Assembly (NCBI GenBank): GCA_021779075.1
Contig: JAJYBG010000001.1
Coordinates: forward strand, 1-62,958
DNA length: 62,958 nucleotides
DNA from: Actinomycetes bacterium
GTDB lineage: Bacteria > Actinomycetota > Actinomycetes > Actinomycetales > Microbacteriaceae
Direction of reading: 5' to 3'
Part shown: positions 33,596 through 43,003 of the stretch, piece by piece
Layout: each line of letters starts with the position of its first letter
Numbering within the stretch: the stretch's first letter is position 1
Made by a program: the position numbers and the translations under genes
The notes under the pieces: model-generated
What the model was told of the DNA's origin: nothing
Database searches by the model: none
Seen by the model: the letters and a program-made list of their open reading frames with translations, nothing else

Positions 33596-35617
33596 GTGCC
33601 CGCTCGCGCCTCCGTCGACGAGCGCCTCTTCGCGCTCGTGCTGGCGCTCGTCGCGACCGACCGGGGTCTGACCAAGGCCGAAATCCTCTCGTCGGTCCAC
33701 GGCTACTCCGAGGACTACCGCGAGGGCGGCGACAACTCCGCACTCGAGCGCAAATTCGAGCGCGACAAGGACGAGATCCGCGAACTGGGGATTCCCCTCG
33801 AGACGCGCGAGCCCAGGGATGAGCCCGGCAACAACCAGCTCATCCGCTACCTCATCCCGAAGCGCGCCTACGAGCTGCCGCAGGACGTGCGGTTCAGCCC
33901 GGAGGAGCTCGGCCTGCTCACCCTGGCCGCCGAGGTGTGGAAGGAGGGGTCGCTGTCGGCGGAATCCCGCCGCGCCATCATCAAGCTGCGCTCGCTCGGC
34001 GTCGCCCCCGACGACCCGCTTCTCGGCTACGCGCCGCGGGTGAGCACGCACGACCGCGCCTTCGCCCCGCTGTCGCAGGCGCTGGAGAAGGGCGTCGTCG
34101 TGCAGTTCCGCTACCTGCGGCCCGGCGGGGCCGAGGCAGCGCAGCGCACGATCGCGCCGCTCGCCCTCTACCAGTTCCGCGGCCGCTGGTACCTCACCGG
34201 CACCAGCGCCGCCGACGGGGGCGAGCGCACCTATCTGCTCTCGCGCATCGTCGGCCCGGTAACGCTGACGAAGCAGCCCGCGCCGCGAGCGCCGACCGAT
34301 GCGGCTCAGCGCTACCTCCGAGAGCTCGAGGGCATCTGGCTCGCGAACGAGGCGGTCGTCGACGTCCTGCCCGGCTCGGATGCCGCCGCCCGCCTCGGCC
34401 ACCGCTACGGCACCGCCGAGGGCGCGACCCGACTCGAGCTGCACTACGCCGATGTCCACGTGCTCGCCGACGAGCTCGCAGGCTACGGCCCCGAGGCGCT
34501 CGTCGTGGAGCCGGCGGCGCTGCGGGATGCCGTGCTCGAGCGGCTCCGCACGGCGAGGACGCTGCACGAAAGCGCCGTCGATCAGGGCCCGCCGCCTGTC
34601 GGCGGCGCCGCATCGCGCGGCGGTCCGCCGGAGCGCCGCGCGGAGCGGGGCGCCACGCCAGACCGGCTCACCCTCCTCCTCTCGCTGGTGCCCTATCTCA
34701 TCGTCACCAAGGTCGTCAGCGTCGCCGAGGTCGCCGAGCACTTCGACCTCGACGTCGACGAGGTACGACGGGCCGTCGAGCTCATCGCCGTCAGCGGCGT
34801 CCCCGGCAGTACGCGCGCCTATGATCCCGGCGACCTCTTCGACATCGACTGGGAGGCGTTCGAGGACGAGGACGTCATCGTGCTCACCCACGGCGTCGCG
34901 ATCGACGACTCGCCACGGCTCTCGGCCCGCGAGGCGGCGGTGCTCATCACCGGCCTCCAGTCGTTGCAGGCGCTGCCCGAGAACGACTCGGCGGCGATCG
35001 ACGCACTCAAGGCCAAGCTCGCACGCGGCGCGACGGGGGCGCCGGCGGCCGTCGCCATCGCCGCCGCCGAGTCCGACGAGACGCTCGCGACCATCGCCGC
35101 GATCCGCCGCGCGATCGCCGAGCGAACACAGCTCGCGTTCGACTACCTCGACGGCGAAGGCAACCGCGAGCACCGCTCCGTCGACCCGCTGCGGCTCGAG
35201 TCGAGCGATGACACCTGGTACCTGCGCGCCTGGTGCCACCTGCGCGAGGGCATCCGCACCTTCCGGCTCGACCGGATCAGCGGTCTTACCGCGACCGGCG
35301 AACCGATCGGCGACTCCGCCGCCGAGGCGACGTTGCCGGATTCGCTCTTCGAGGCCTCGCCCGACGACCTCACCGTCGAGCTGCGCATCGCCGAGGCAGC
35401 GCTGCCGTTCGTGGCCGACTATCTCGGCGCGGTGCCCGCGACCCCCGACGGCGACGGCTGGCTGCGGGCCGGCATCCGCGTCGCCCACTTCCACGGCCTC
35501 AAGCGCATCGCCACGGGCAACGCCGGCCTCATCGAAGTGCTGAGCCCGCAGGCGGCTCGCGACGAGGTCGTCACCTGGGCGGATGCTGCGATCCGCGCCT
35601 ACGAAGCGCCCCGCTGA
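33596..35617 (+). CDS. pafBC: Fused PafB-PafC transcriptional activator (two HTH-WYL-WCX modules)
   Basis: PafB half ERKFERDKDEIRELG...GRWYL...SRI; PafC half DRLTLLLSLVPYL...TWYLRAWC..FRLDRI; single 673-aa ORF upstream of tatA. Confidence 0.9.
   Translation: MPARASVDERLFALVLALVATDRGLTKAEILSSVHGYSEDYREGGDNSALERKFERDKDEIRELGIPLETREPRDEPGNNQLIRYLIPKRAYELPQDVRFSPEELGLLTLAAEVWKEGSLSAESRRAIIKLRSLGVAPDDPLLGYAPRVSTHDRAFAPLSQALEKGVVVQFRYLRPGGAEAAQRTIAPLALYQFRGRWYLTGTSAADGGERTYLLSRIVGPVTLTKQPAPRAPTDAAQRYLRELEGIWLANEAVVDVLPGSDAAARLGHRYGTAEGATRLELHYADVHVLADELAGYGPEALVVEPAALRDAVLERLRTARTLHESAVDQGPPPVGGAASRGGPPERRAERGATPDRLTLLLSLVPYLIVTKVVSVAEVAEHFDLDVDEVRRAVELIAVSGVPGSTRAYDPGDLFDIDWEAFEDEDVIVLTHGVAIDDSPRLSAREAAVLITGLQSLQALPENDSAAIDALKAKLARGATGAPAAVAIAAAESDETLATIAAIRRAIAERTQLAFDYLDGEGNREHRSVDPLRLESSDDTWYLRAWCHLREGIRTFRLDRISGLTATGEPIGDSAAEATLPDSLFEASPDDLTVELRIAEAALPFVADYLGAVPATPDGDGWLRAGIRVAHFHGLKRIATGNAGLIEVLSPQAARDEVVTWADAAIRAYEAPR
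34591..34648 (-). repeat. Two-hairpin repeat (family B) forming the PafB-PafC linker
   Basis: Minus strand CCGCTCCGC-GCGGCGCTCC-ggc-GGACCGCCGC, 11 nt, CCGCC-gaca-GGCGG. Confidence 0.8.
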
Positions 35618-35685
35618 CCCAGCGGCGGGTAAACTGTCGCGAAATGCCGTTCGGACGCCCGCGCGGCCTGGAGCCGGAGGAAATT

Positions 35686-35904
35686 ATGTTCAGGGAATGG
35701 TGGTTCTGGGTCATCATCCTCGTGGTGATCCTGCTCCTCTTCGGGACCACGCGTCTTCCCGGCCTCGCCAAGAGCATGGGTGAGTCGATGCGCGTCTTCC
35801 GCAAGGAAGTGAAGGGCCTCGGCGATGACGTCAAGGCTGACGAGGCTCAGAAGACCACTGAGACCTCGGCGAAGTCCGAGACGCCGTCCGACACCAAGAG
35901 CTAG
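35686..35904 (+). CDS. tatA: Twin-arginine translocase TatA
   Basis: TM then LLFG..RLPGLAKSMGESMRVFRKE; GGAGG RBS. Confidence 0.95.
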   Translation: MFREWWFWVIILVVILLLFGTTRLPGLAKSMGESMRVFRKEVKGLGDDVKADEAQKTTETSAKSETPSDTKS

Positions 35905-35907
35905 CCC

Positions 35908-36702
35908 ATGAGCGCCCCGACCGAGAGTCGGCGGGCGCCGGGGTCGTCCGACAAACGGATGACCCTCCGCCAGCACCTGCTGGAGCTCCGAAACCGCGCA
36001 TTGATCGCCGCCGCCGGAATCCTGGCCGGCGCCGTCGGCGGCTGGTTCCTCTACCCGTGGGTGTGGGCATCGCTGACCGATCCGGTGAAGAGCATGGGCA
36101 CGCTCTCGACGATCAACTTCCAGGGCCTCACCGACGCCTTCGACATGCACATGGCGGTGTCGATCTACGTCGGCATCATCCTCTCGAGCCCGCTGTGGCT
36201 GTATGAGGTGTTCGCGTTCTTCACTCCGGGGCTCACCCGCCGCGAGAAGGCGTACGTCTTCGGATTCCTCATCCCGTCGGTCCTGCTCTTCCTCGGTGGC
36301 TGCACGATCGGCTGGTACGCCATCCCGCACATCGTCGACCTCTTCCTGCAGTTCACCCCCAACGGCAACAGCAACCTGCTCCACGCGACGGACTACTTCA
36401 ACTTCGTGCTCAAGCTGATGATCGTCGCCGGCATCGCCTTCGTGCTGCCCGTGTTCCTGGTGCTGCTCGACCTCATCGGCATCGTCAACGGCAAGGCACT
36501 GCTCAAGGCCTGGCGGTGGGCGGTGCTCGGCTCGATCGGCTTCACCGCCCTCGCGACCCCGGCCACCGACCCGATCACGATGATGATCATGGCGATCCCG
36601 CTGCTCGTGCTGTACTTCGCGGCGTGCTTCGTCTCACTGTCCTTCGACAAACGCAAGGCCCGCCGGGCCGCCCTCGTGGACGCCGACCTCGCCGCGTCCT
36701 GA
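35908..36702 (+). CDS. tatC: Twin-arginine translocase TatC
   Basis: MTLRQHLLELRNR, PGLTRREK, TPATDP. Confidence 0.95.
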   Translation: MSAPTESRRAPGSSDKRMTLRQHLLELRNRALIAAAGILAGAVGGWFLYPWVWASLTDPVKSMGTLSTINFQGLTDAFDMHMAVSIYVGIILSSPLWLYEVFAFFTPGLTRREKAYVFGFLIPSVLLFLGGCTIGWYAIPHIVDLFLQFTPNGNSNLLHATDYFNFVLKLMIVAGIAFVLPVFLVLLDLIGIVNGKALLKAWRWAVLGSIGFTALATPATDPITMMIMAIPLLVLYFAACFVSLSFDKRKARRAALVDADLAAS

Positions 36703-36744
36703 CCGCCTCCCGGTGATGGGTGCCGCGGCGCTTAGTCTGAGCAG

Positions 36745-39237
36745 GTGACAGACCAGCTCTCGCCGGCCGAGCGCTACGCGCTGTCCCGCACCCGCGCCGC
36801 GAGCCCGCAGCTCGACGAGTTCCGCTCGCTCCTGGAATTCGACCTCGACCCGTTCCAGGTCGAGGCATGCGCGGCGCTGGAAGCGGGCAGGAGCGTGCTC
36901 GTCGCCGCCCCGACCGGCGCCGGCAAGACGGCGGTGGCCGAATTCGCGGTGCACCTCGCGATGCGCGACCTCAAGGACAAGGTCTTCTACACGACGCCGA
37001 TGAAGGCGCTCTCCAACCAGAAATTCAATGAGTTCGTCGAGCGCTACGGCGCCGGCGACGTGGGACTGCTCACCGGCGACACCAATGTGAACTCGAAGGC
37101 GCGCATCGTCGTCATGACGACCGAGGTGCTGCGCAACATGCTCTACGCCAACTCCGACCTGCTCGCGAACCTCGCCTTCGTCGTCATGGACGAAGTCCAC
37201 TACCTCGCCGACCGCTTCCGCGGTGCGGTGTGGGAGGAGGTCATCATCCACCTGCCGCAGCCGGTGCGGCTGGTCTCACTCTCGGCCACGGTCTCCAACG
37301 CCGAGGAGTTCGGCGACTGGCTCGAGGCGGTGCGCGGCGACACCGCGGTCGTCGTCTCCGAGGAGCGACCCGTGCCCCTCGAGCAGCACGTCCTCGTGCG
37401 CTCCAAGCTCGTCGACCTCTTCGAAGGCACGGGCGCGCCGCTCCGCTCGGAGCGAGGATCCAGTGGAGCCTCGCGCAGCGGCGCACCGCCGACAGGCGGC
37501 TCGGCCTATCGAGTGAACAGCGAGCTCGTGCAGTTGGCGAGAACAGGTGGCCGCTCCTCCGGCGAGCGCCTCCAGGCCGACAGGGGAAAGCGCCGCTCCT
37601 CCGGCGGTCGTCCCCAGGCATTCCGCGCCGACCGTGACGAAGTCGTCGAACTCCTCGACGACCGCAATCTGCTGCCGGCGATCTTCTTCATCTTCAGCCG
37701 CAACGGGTGCGACCAGGCGGTGAAGCAGCTGGTGAACTCCGGCATCCGCCTCACCGAGACCTGGGAGCGCGAGGAGATCCGCCAGATCGTCGAGGAGCGC
37801 ACCCGCACCCTCCTCGACGAGGACCTCGCCGTGCTCGGCTACTGGGAGTGGCTCGAGGCGCTGAGCCGTGGCTTCGCCGCCCACCACGCCGGGATGCTGC
37901 CCGCGTTCAAGGAGGTCGTGGAGGAGCTCTTCCTTCGCAAGCTCGTCAAGGTCGTCTTCGCCACCGAGACCCTCGCACTCGGCATCAACATGCCCGCACG
38001 CACCGTCGTGCTCGAGAAGCTCGACAAGTTCAACGGCGAGGCGCGGGTGCCCATCACATCGGGGGAGTACACGCAGCTCACCGGCCGCGCCGGCCGCCGC
38101 GGCATCGACGTCGAGGGACACGCCGTCATCCAGTGGGTCGACGGTCTCGACCCGCAAGCGGTCGCGGCCCTCGCCAGCCGCCGCTCGTATCCACTCAATT
38201 CGAGCTTCCGTCCGACGTACAACATGGCCGTCAACCTCATCGAGCAGTTCGGCCGCGAGCGCACCCGCGAGATCCTCGAGTCGTCGTTCGCCCAGTTCCA
38301 GGCGGACCGCGCGGTCGTGGATCTCGCCCGGCGCGTGCGCACGCAGGAGAAATCCCTCGCCGGCTACGCCGAGGCGATGACGTGCCATCTCGGTGACTTC
38401 GCCGAGTATTCCGGGCTGCGCCGCCAGGTCACCGACCTCGAGAAGGCCAACGCGAAGTCGAAAGGCATGTCGAACGCCGAGAAGGTGACGCTGCAGAAGC
38501 GGCTCGGCGACCTGCGCTCGGCGATGAAGCGGCACCCCTGCCACGGCTGCGCCGAACGCGAGCAGCACGCCCGCTGGGCGGAGCGCTGGTGGCGCCTCAC
38601 ACGCGAGACCGACGCACTGCAGGGTCAGATCCGCTCGCGCACGGGCGCAATCGCGCGCGTCTTCGACCGCGTCACCGATGTGCTGCTGCACCTCGACTAC
38701 GTGCGCGAGGACTCCGCCGGGCAGGTCGCGCTTACCGACACGGGCCGGCAGCTGCGCCGAATCTATGGCGAGCGTGACCTCCTCGTGGCCGAGTGCCTGC
38801 GGCAAGGCATCTGGCGCGAGCTGGATCCCGCCGCCCTTGCCGCTCTGGTGTGCGCGCTCGTCTTCGAGCCGCGTCGCGACGAGGTGAACCCGCCGGAGCG
38901 CCTGCTGCCCAATGGCGAGTTCCGTAACGCGCTCGCGCGCACCCAGGAGCTCTGGGCCGAGCTCGACGACCTCGAGCGGGAGTCGAAGCTGCCGGGCTCC
39001 GAGCCGCTGTCTCTCGGCCTGTCGAGCGCGATGTTCCACTGGGCGCGCGGCGGCCGCCTCGACAAGGTCCTCGAGATCGCCGACCTCGCCGCGGGCGACT
39101 TCGTGCGCTGGGCCAAGCAGACCATCGACCTGCTCGACCAGCTCACCGGCGTCGCCGACCCCGACCTCGCTCTCACGGCCCGCGAGGCGCTCGAGGCGGT
39201 GCGCCGCGGCATCGTCGCCTATTCGAGCGTCGGATGA
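36745..39237 (+). CDS. helY: Ski2-like DEAD/DEAH helicase HelY
   Basis: APTGAGKT, KALSNQK, DEVHY, SAT, HHAG, TETLALGINMPA, GRAGRRG, DSHCT-like C-terminus; follows tatC. Confidence 0.93.
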   Translation: MTDQLSPAERYALSRTRAASPQLDEFRSLLEFDLDPFQVEACAALEAGRSVLVAAPTGAGKTAVAEFAVHLAMRDLKDKVFYTTPMKALSNQKFNEFVERYGAGDVGLLTGDTNVNSKARIVVMTTEVLRNMLYANSDLLANLAFVVMDEVHYLADRFRGAVWEEVIIHLPQPVRLVSLSATVSNAEEFGDWLEAVRGDTAVVVSEERPVPLEQHVLVRSKLVDLFEGTGAPLRSERGSSGASRSGAPPTGGSAYRVNSELVQLARTGGRSSGERLQADRGKRRSSGGRPQAFRADRDEVVELLDDRNLLPAIFFIFSRNGCDQAVKQLVNSGIRLTETWEREEIRQIVEERTRTLLDEDLAVLGYWEWLEALSRGFAAHHAGMLPAFKEVVEELFLRKLVKVVFATETLALGINMPARTVVLEKLDKFNGEARVPITSGEYTQLTGRAGRRGIDVEGHAVIQWVDGLDPQAVAALASRRSYPLNSSFRPTYNMAVNLIEQFGRERTREILESSFAQFQADRAVVDLARRVRTQEKSLAGYAEAMTCHLGDFAEYSGLRRQVTDLEKANAKSKGMSNAEKVTLQKRLGDLRSAMKRHPCHGCAEREQHARWAERWWRLTRETDALQGQIRSRTGAIARVFDRVTDVLLHLDYVREDSAGQVALTDTGRQLRRIYGERDLLVAECLRQGIWRELDPAALAALVCALVFEPRRDEVNPPERLLPNGEFRNALARTQELWAELDDLERESKLPGSEPLSLGLSSAMFHWARGGRLDKVLEIADLAAGDFVRWAKQTIDLLDQLTGVADPDLALTAREALEAVRRGIVAYSSVG
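37443..37500 (+). repeat. Two-hairpin repeat (family B), in frame inside helY
   Basis: GCGAGGATCC-agt-GGAGCCTCGC, 11 nt, CCGCC-gaca-GGCGG; encodes RSERGSSGASRSGAPPTGG. Confidence 0.85.
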
Positions 39238-40841
39238 GGCCGCTGCCCCTCTGGCTCGCCCTCCCCACGGCGGCCGGCGGCGCCATCGCCTACAACGATG
39301 CCTTCCCGACGACCGGCTGGTGGCCGATGGCGTTCGCCGGCCTCGCCCTCATGCTCTGGGCGCAGATCGGTCGCCGCGCCGACACCGCCCTCGTGACCGG
39401 GTTCGTCTCCGGCGCGGTGTTCTTCCTCACCGACATCGACTGGTTGGGCTACTACCTCGGCCCCATCCCCTGGCTGGCGACGGTCGTCGCGGAGGCCGCC
39501 TTCTGGGCATGCGCGGGCCTGCTCCTCACCTGGGCGTACCGGTGGATTCCCCGCGCCTGGCCCACCCGCGCCGGCCGGCTCGTTATCCTGCCGCTCGCGG
39601 TCGCGGGGCTCTGGACGATGCGCGAGCACGTCACGAACAACTGGCCGTTCCGCGGCTTCGCGTGGGGAAGGGCGGCGCTGTCGCAGTCCCAGAGTCCGCT
39701 GACTCCGCTCGTCGCCTGGCTCGGCATCGCGGGGCTGACCTTCCTCATGGTGTGGTTGATCGTCTTCGTCACGGAGGCGGTGACGGCCCCCGCCGCTCGA
39801 TCGGCGGGCGACGCCCGGCGGTGGAGACCGACGGCCACCAGAGCCCTCCCCGCTCTTCTGGCGATCGCCGCCGTTCTCGCCGTCCCGGCCTGGCCGGTGC
39901 GCACGGACGGTTCCCTCACCGTCGCCGCGGTGCAGGGCGACGGCCCGGCGGGGTACTTCCAGCCGCACAACGAGGGCGACGTCGAGGTCGCCCAGCTGAA
40001 GGAATCCGTCAAGCTCATCGGCCAGAAGGTCGACCTCATGGTGTGGCCGGAGGGCAGCGCCGACCTCGACCCGCTCGAGTACGCGCAGTCGGCGACGGCG
40101 CTCACCGAGCTGAGCCGCGAGCTCGGAGCACCGCTCGTCGTCGGCGCGATCACACCTGGCGAGACGAACGGCCAGTGGTTCAACTCGTCGCTGGTATGGA
40201 CGGCGGCGGGGGGTGCGACGGCGCAGTACGACAAGCAGCATCCGGTGCCGTTCGGCGAGTACGTGCCTGCCCGCGCGTTCTTCCACGCGCTCGCGCCTGC
40301 CCTCGTCGACCTCAGCCAGCGCGACTACACGCCGGGCTCTCGTCCCAACGTGATGCCCGTCGCGGGCGTGCTCGCCGGCATCTCGATCTGCTTCGACATC
40401 ATCGACGACTGGCAGACGACTCAGATGGTCTTCGGGGGAGCGCAGGTCATCCTCGCCCAGACGAACAACGCCGACTTCATCGACCCCACGACCGGCAAGG
40501 TGAGCGCAGAGACCGTGCAGCAGTTCGCGGCGGCGCGGCTTCGCGCGGTCGAGTCCGGGCGCGCGCTCGTCAACGTCTCCACCGTCGGCGTCAGCGAGGT
40601 CATCGCCCCTGACGGCTCGACGATCCAGGCGATCCCCGCCGATCGGCCCGGCTATCTGCTCGCCACCGTGCCGCTCTCGACGTGGATGACGCCGGCGGAC
40701 TACGACGCGCAGCCGCTGGAGTGGGGTGCGAGCGTCTGGGGCATCGGCATCCTCGCCGTCGCGTTTCTTTCGCGCCCGCGGCGGCCGGCTGAGGAAGAAA
40801 CGGGCCGAAGCCGCTCGGCGTCAAGCGAAATCGCCGACTAA
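39234..40841 (+). CDS. lnt: Apolipoprotein N-acyltransferase
   Basis: N-terminal TMs, PF.GFAWG, VWPE, YDK.HPVPFGEY, ICFD, RAVESGR. Confidence 0.95.
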   Translation: MRPLPLWLALPTAAGGAIAYNDAFPTTGWWPMAFAGLALMLWAQIGRRADTALVTGFVSGAVFFLTDIDWLGYYLGPIPWLATVVAEAAFWACAGLLLTWAYRWIPRAWPTRAGRLVILPLAVAGLWTMREHVTNNWPFRGFAWGRAALSQSQSPLTPLVAWLGIAGLTFLMVWLIVFVTEAVTAPAARSAGDARRWRPTATRALPALLAIAAVLAVPAWPVRTDGSLTVAAVQGDGPAGYFQPHNEGDVEVAQLKESVKLIGQKVDLMVWPEGSADLDPLEYAQSATALTELSRELGAPLVVGAITPGETNGQWFNSSLVWTAAGGATAQYDKQHPVPFGEYVPARAFFHALAPALVDLSQRDYTPGSRPNVMPVAGVLAGISICFDIIDDWQTTQMVFGGAQVILAQTNNADFIDPTTGKVSAETVQQFAAARLRAVESGRALVNVSTVGVSEVIAPDGSTIQAIPADRPGYLLATVPLSTWMTPADYDAQPLEWGASVWGIGILAVAFLSRPRRPAEEETGRSRSASSEIAD

Positions 40842-40882
40842 GCACCGAGCCTCCTTGGTCGGCCTCGCCACGTCAGCGCAAA

Positions 40883-40914
40883 AGGAGGGCCCGGGCGGCA
40901 GCCCGGGCCCTCCT
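40883..40914 (-). terminator. Terminator between convergent lnt and rbpA
   Basis: AGGAGGGCCCGGGC-ggca-GCCCGGGCCCTCCT perfect 14-bp stem; T-tract on the minus strand. Confidence 0.85.
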
Positions 40915-40924
40915 CGATGACGGG

Positions 40925-41290
40925 CTAAGCCCCGATCTTCTCCTGCCCGCGGCGGCCGCGCAGGAACTGCAGGCGCTCCTCGAGCAGCTCTTCGAGCTCG
41001 GGGATCGTGCGACGCTCGAGCAGCATGTCCCAGTGGGATCGCGGCGCCTTCTGGTCGGAGTGATCGATGACGACGGGCGCGCCGCCGATCATGAGCAGCG
41101 CTTCGGCGCTGCAGTACCGGCACTCCCACACGTCGGGGGCATCGGCCTCGGCGGCGAAGACAACCGAGGTGTCCTTGCCGCAGCTGGGGCAGCTGTAGGT
41201 GTACGACTGTCGCGGTGAGAAGCTGACGCCTTCCTCGCTCTGGAGGCTCTGGGCGCCAAGCCGCATGCCACGCAAGCTGCGATCCGCCAT
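40925..41290 (-). CDS. rbpA: RNA polymerase-binding protein RbpA
   Basis: MADRSLRGMRLG, WEC..C, RSHWDMLLERRTIPELEELLEERL. Confidence 0.96.
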   Translation of the reverse strand: MADRSLRGMRLGAQSLQSEEGVSFSPRQSYTYSCPSCGKDTSVVFAAEADAPDVWECRYCSAEALLMIGGAPVVIDHSDQKAPRSHWDMLLERRTIPELEELLEERLQFLRGRRGQEKIGA

Positions 41291-41330
41291 TTCGGTTTCC
41301 TCTCGCTCGACGGGCTTTGACACCGTTATA

Positions 41331-41356
41331 AACCGCGAACCTGACCGTTCTGTTCC
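41331..41356 (-). promoter_or_regulatory. SigH/SigR-type ECF promoter upstream of rbpA
   Basis: Minus strand GGAAC-N18-GTT; rbpA is a known SigR target in Streptomyces. Confidence 0.7.
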
Positions 41357-41369
41357 ACGCCCTGGCGTT

Positions 41370-41480
41370 TCATGGCAACATCCCACTTCGGGGGCTGCCC
41401 GCGACGACCGCCACGGCGAGGTCCGCGCGGTTGGTGACGATTCCATCCGCACCGAGCGCGGCATCCGCGAGGGCGCGAAG
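41370..41480 (-). pseudogene. C-terminal remnant of a glycerophosphodiester phosphodiesterase
   Basis: Isolated ALGADGIVTNRADLA resembles the GDPD C-terminal G.DGI.T..PD motif; the rest of the gene is absent. Confidence 0.6.
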
Positions 41481-41581
41481 GCGTAATTTCACACTGATGA
41501 GCAGTTTGGTGACCCGAATTGCGAAGCCGAGGTCGCCACGCCCTTCAGCCCGGTGAGCGCGGCCAGGCGGTGCGAAGAAGC

Positions 41582-42487
41582 TCACTCCGCCGGCTGGCCG
41601 TTCTTGCCGAGCAGTCCTCTGCCGATGCCGTCGAGCGCCTGGGTGAGCTCCGCAGGGACGACCCACACCGTGTTGGCGTTGCCCTCGGCGATCTTGGGCA
41701 GCATCTGGAGGTACTGGTAGGCGAGCAGGAGGCTGTCGGGGTTGCCGTCGTGGATGGCCTTGAACACCGTGCCGATGGCCGTCGACTCGCCCTCGGCCCG
41801 CAGCACCGCGGCCTGCTTGTCGCCCTCCGCCTTGAGGATGGCGGCCTGCTTGAAGCCCTCGGCGTTGAGGATCTCGGACTGCTTCGTGCCCTCCGCGGTG
41901 AGGATGAGGGCGCGGCGGTCGCGCTCGGCGCGCATCTGCTTCTCCATGGCCTCCTTGATGGAGGCGGGCGGTTCGATCGACTTGAGCTCGACGCGCCCGA
42001 CGCGGATGCCCCACTTGCCCGTGGCCTCGTCAAGCACGACGCGCAGCTGCGAGTTGATGTTGTCGCGGCTGGTGAGCACCTCTTCGAGGTTGAGGCCGCC
42101 GACGACGTTGCGCAACGTGGTCGTGGTGAGCTGCTCGACGCCGGCGAGGTAGCTCGCGATCTCGTAGGTCGCCGCACGCGGGTCGGTGACCTGGAAGTAG
42201 ATGACGGTGTCGATGGAGACGACCAGGTTGTCCTCGGTGATGACCGGCTGCGGCGGGAACGAGACGACCTGCTCGCGCATGTCGATCAACGGTCGCACCC
42301 GGTCGACGAAGGGCACCACGACGTTCAGCCCGGGCTGCAGCGTGCGGTGGTAGCGCCCCAGCCTCTCGACGACGCCGGCGCGCGCCTGCGGCACGATCCG
42401 CAAGGACCGGAAGATCGTGACGATCACGAAGATCGCGACGATGAGGATCACGACCCAAAGGACGATGAGCCCGGTGTCCACGTTCAC
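41582..42487 (-). CDS. SPFH / band 7 (stomatin-like) protein
   Basis: N-terminal TM, VVERLGRY, QPVITEDN, TLRNVVG, QMRAERDRRA. Confidence 0.95.
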   Translation of the reverse strand: MNVDTGLIVLWVVILIVAIFVIVTIFRSLRIVPQARAGVVERLGRYHRTLQPGLNVVVPFVDRVRPLIDMREQVVSFPPQPVITEDNLVVSIDTVIYFQVTDPRAATYEIASYLAGVEQLTTTTLRNVVGGLNLEEVLTSRDNINSQLRVVLDEATGKWGIRVGRVELKSIEPPASIKEAMEKQMRAERDRRALILTAEGTKQSEILNAEGFKQAAILKAEGDKQAAVLRAEGESTAIGTVFKAIHDGNPDSLLLAYQYLQMLPKIAEGNANTVWVVPAELTQALDGIGRGLLGKNGQPAE

Positions 42488-42945
42488 GATGCTGCTCCTG
42501 ACTGGGCGACGACGACGGCGGCGCCGTTGACTCCGGTGACGGTGATCTCGGCGCCGGCGGCGAGGGGTGCGCTGCCGGGGGAGAGGTGAGCCGTCCAGGT
42601 CTCGCCGTTGGCGAGCTTCACCTGACCGGATTCCTCGGTGATGGCGACCGTGACCCGGCCGGCGATCCCGATGATCGCCTCGATGCCCGTCTTCGCCGGG
42701 TCCGCTGAGCGGCGCAGTCGGCGCAGCAGCGGCGGGCGCACCGCGAAGAGCAGCAGCAGCGCGACGAGCGCGGCGATGACGAGCTGGAGCCACCACGGTG
42801 CGCCGAGCAGCTCGCCGACCAGTCCGGCGAGCGCGCCGACGGCGAGCATGGCGAAGGTGAGCTGCACCGTGAGCACCTCGAAGACCGCGAACACGGCGAT
42901 GAGGATCAGCCATCCGATCCAGTCGTATGCCGTTGCGCCGCCCAT
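42484..42945 (-). CDS. NfeD family protein
   Basis: TM helices plus C-terminal OB-like GQVKL.NGETWTA; coupled to the SPFH gene. Confidence 0.9.
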   Translation of the reverse strand: MGGATAYDWIGWLILIAVFAVFEVLTVQLTFAMLAVGALAGLVGELLGAPWWLQLVIAALVALLLLFAVRPPLLRRLRRSADPAKTGIEAIIGIAGRVTVAITEESGQVKLANGETWTAHLSPGSAPLAAGAEITVTGVNGAAVVVAQSGAAS

Positions 42946-43003
42946 GGTGCCGACGCTACTCGGCCGGGCGTCCGATGGATACGCCGTTGGTAGGGTCGTT
43001 GCC

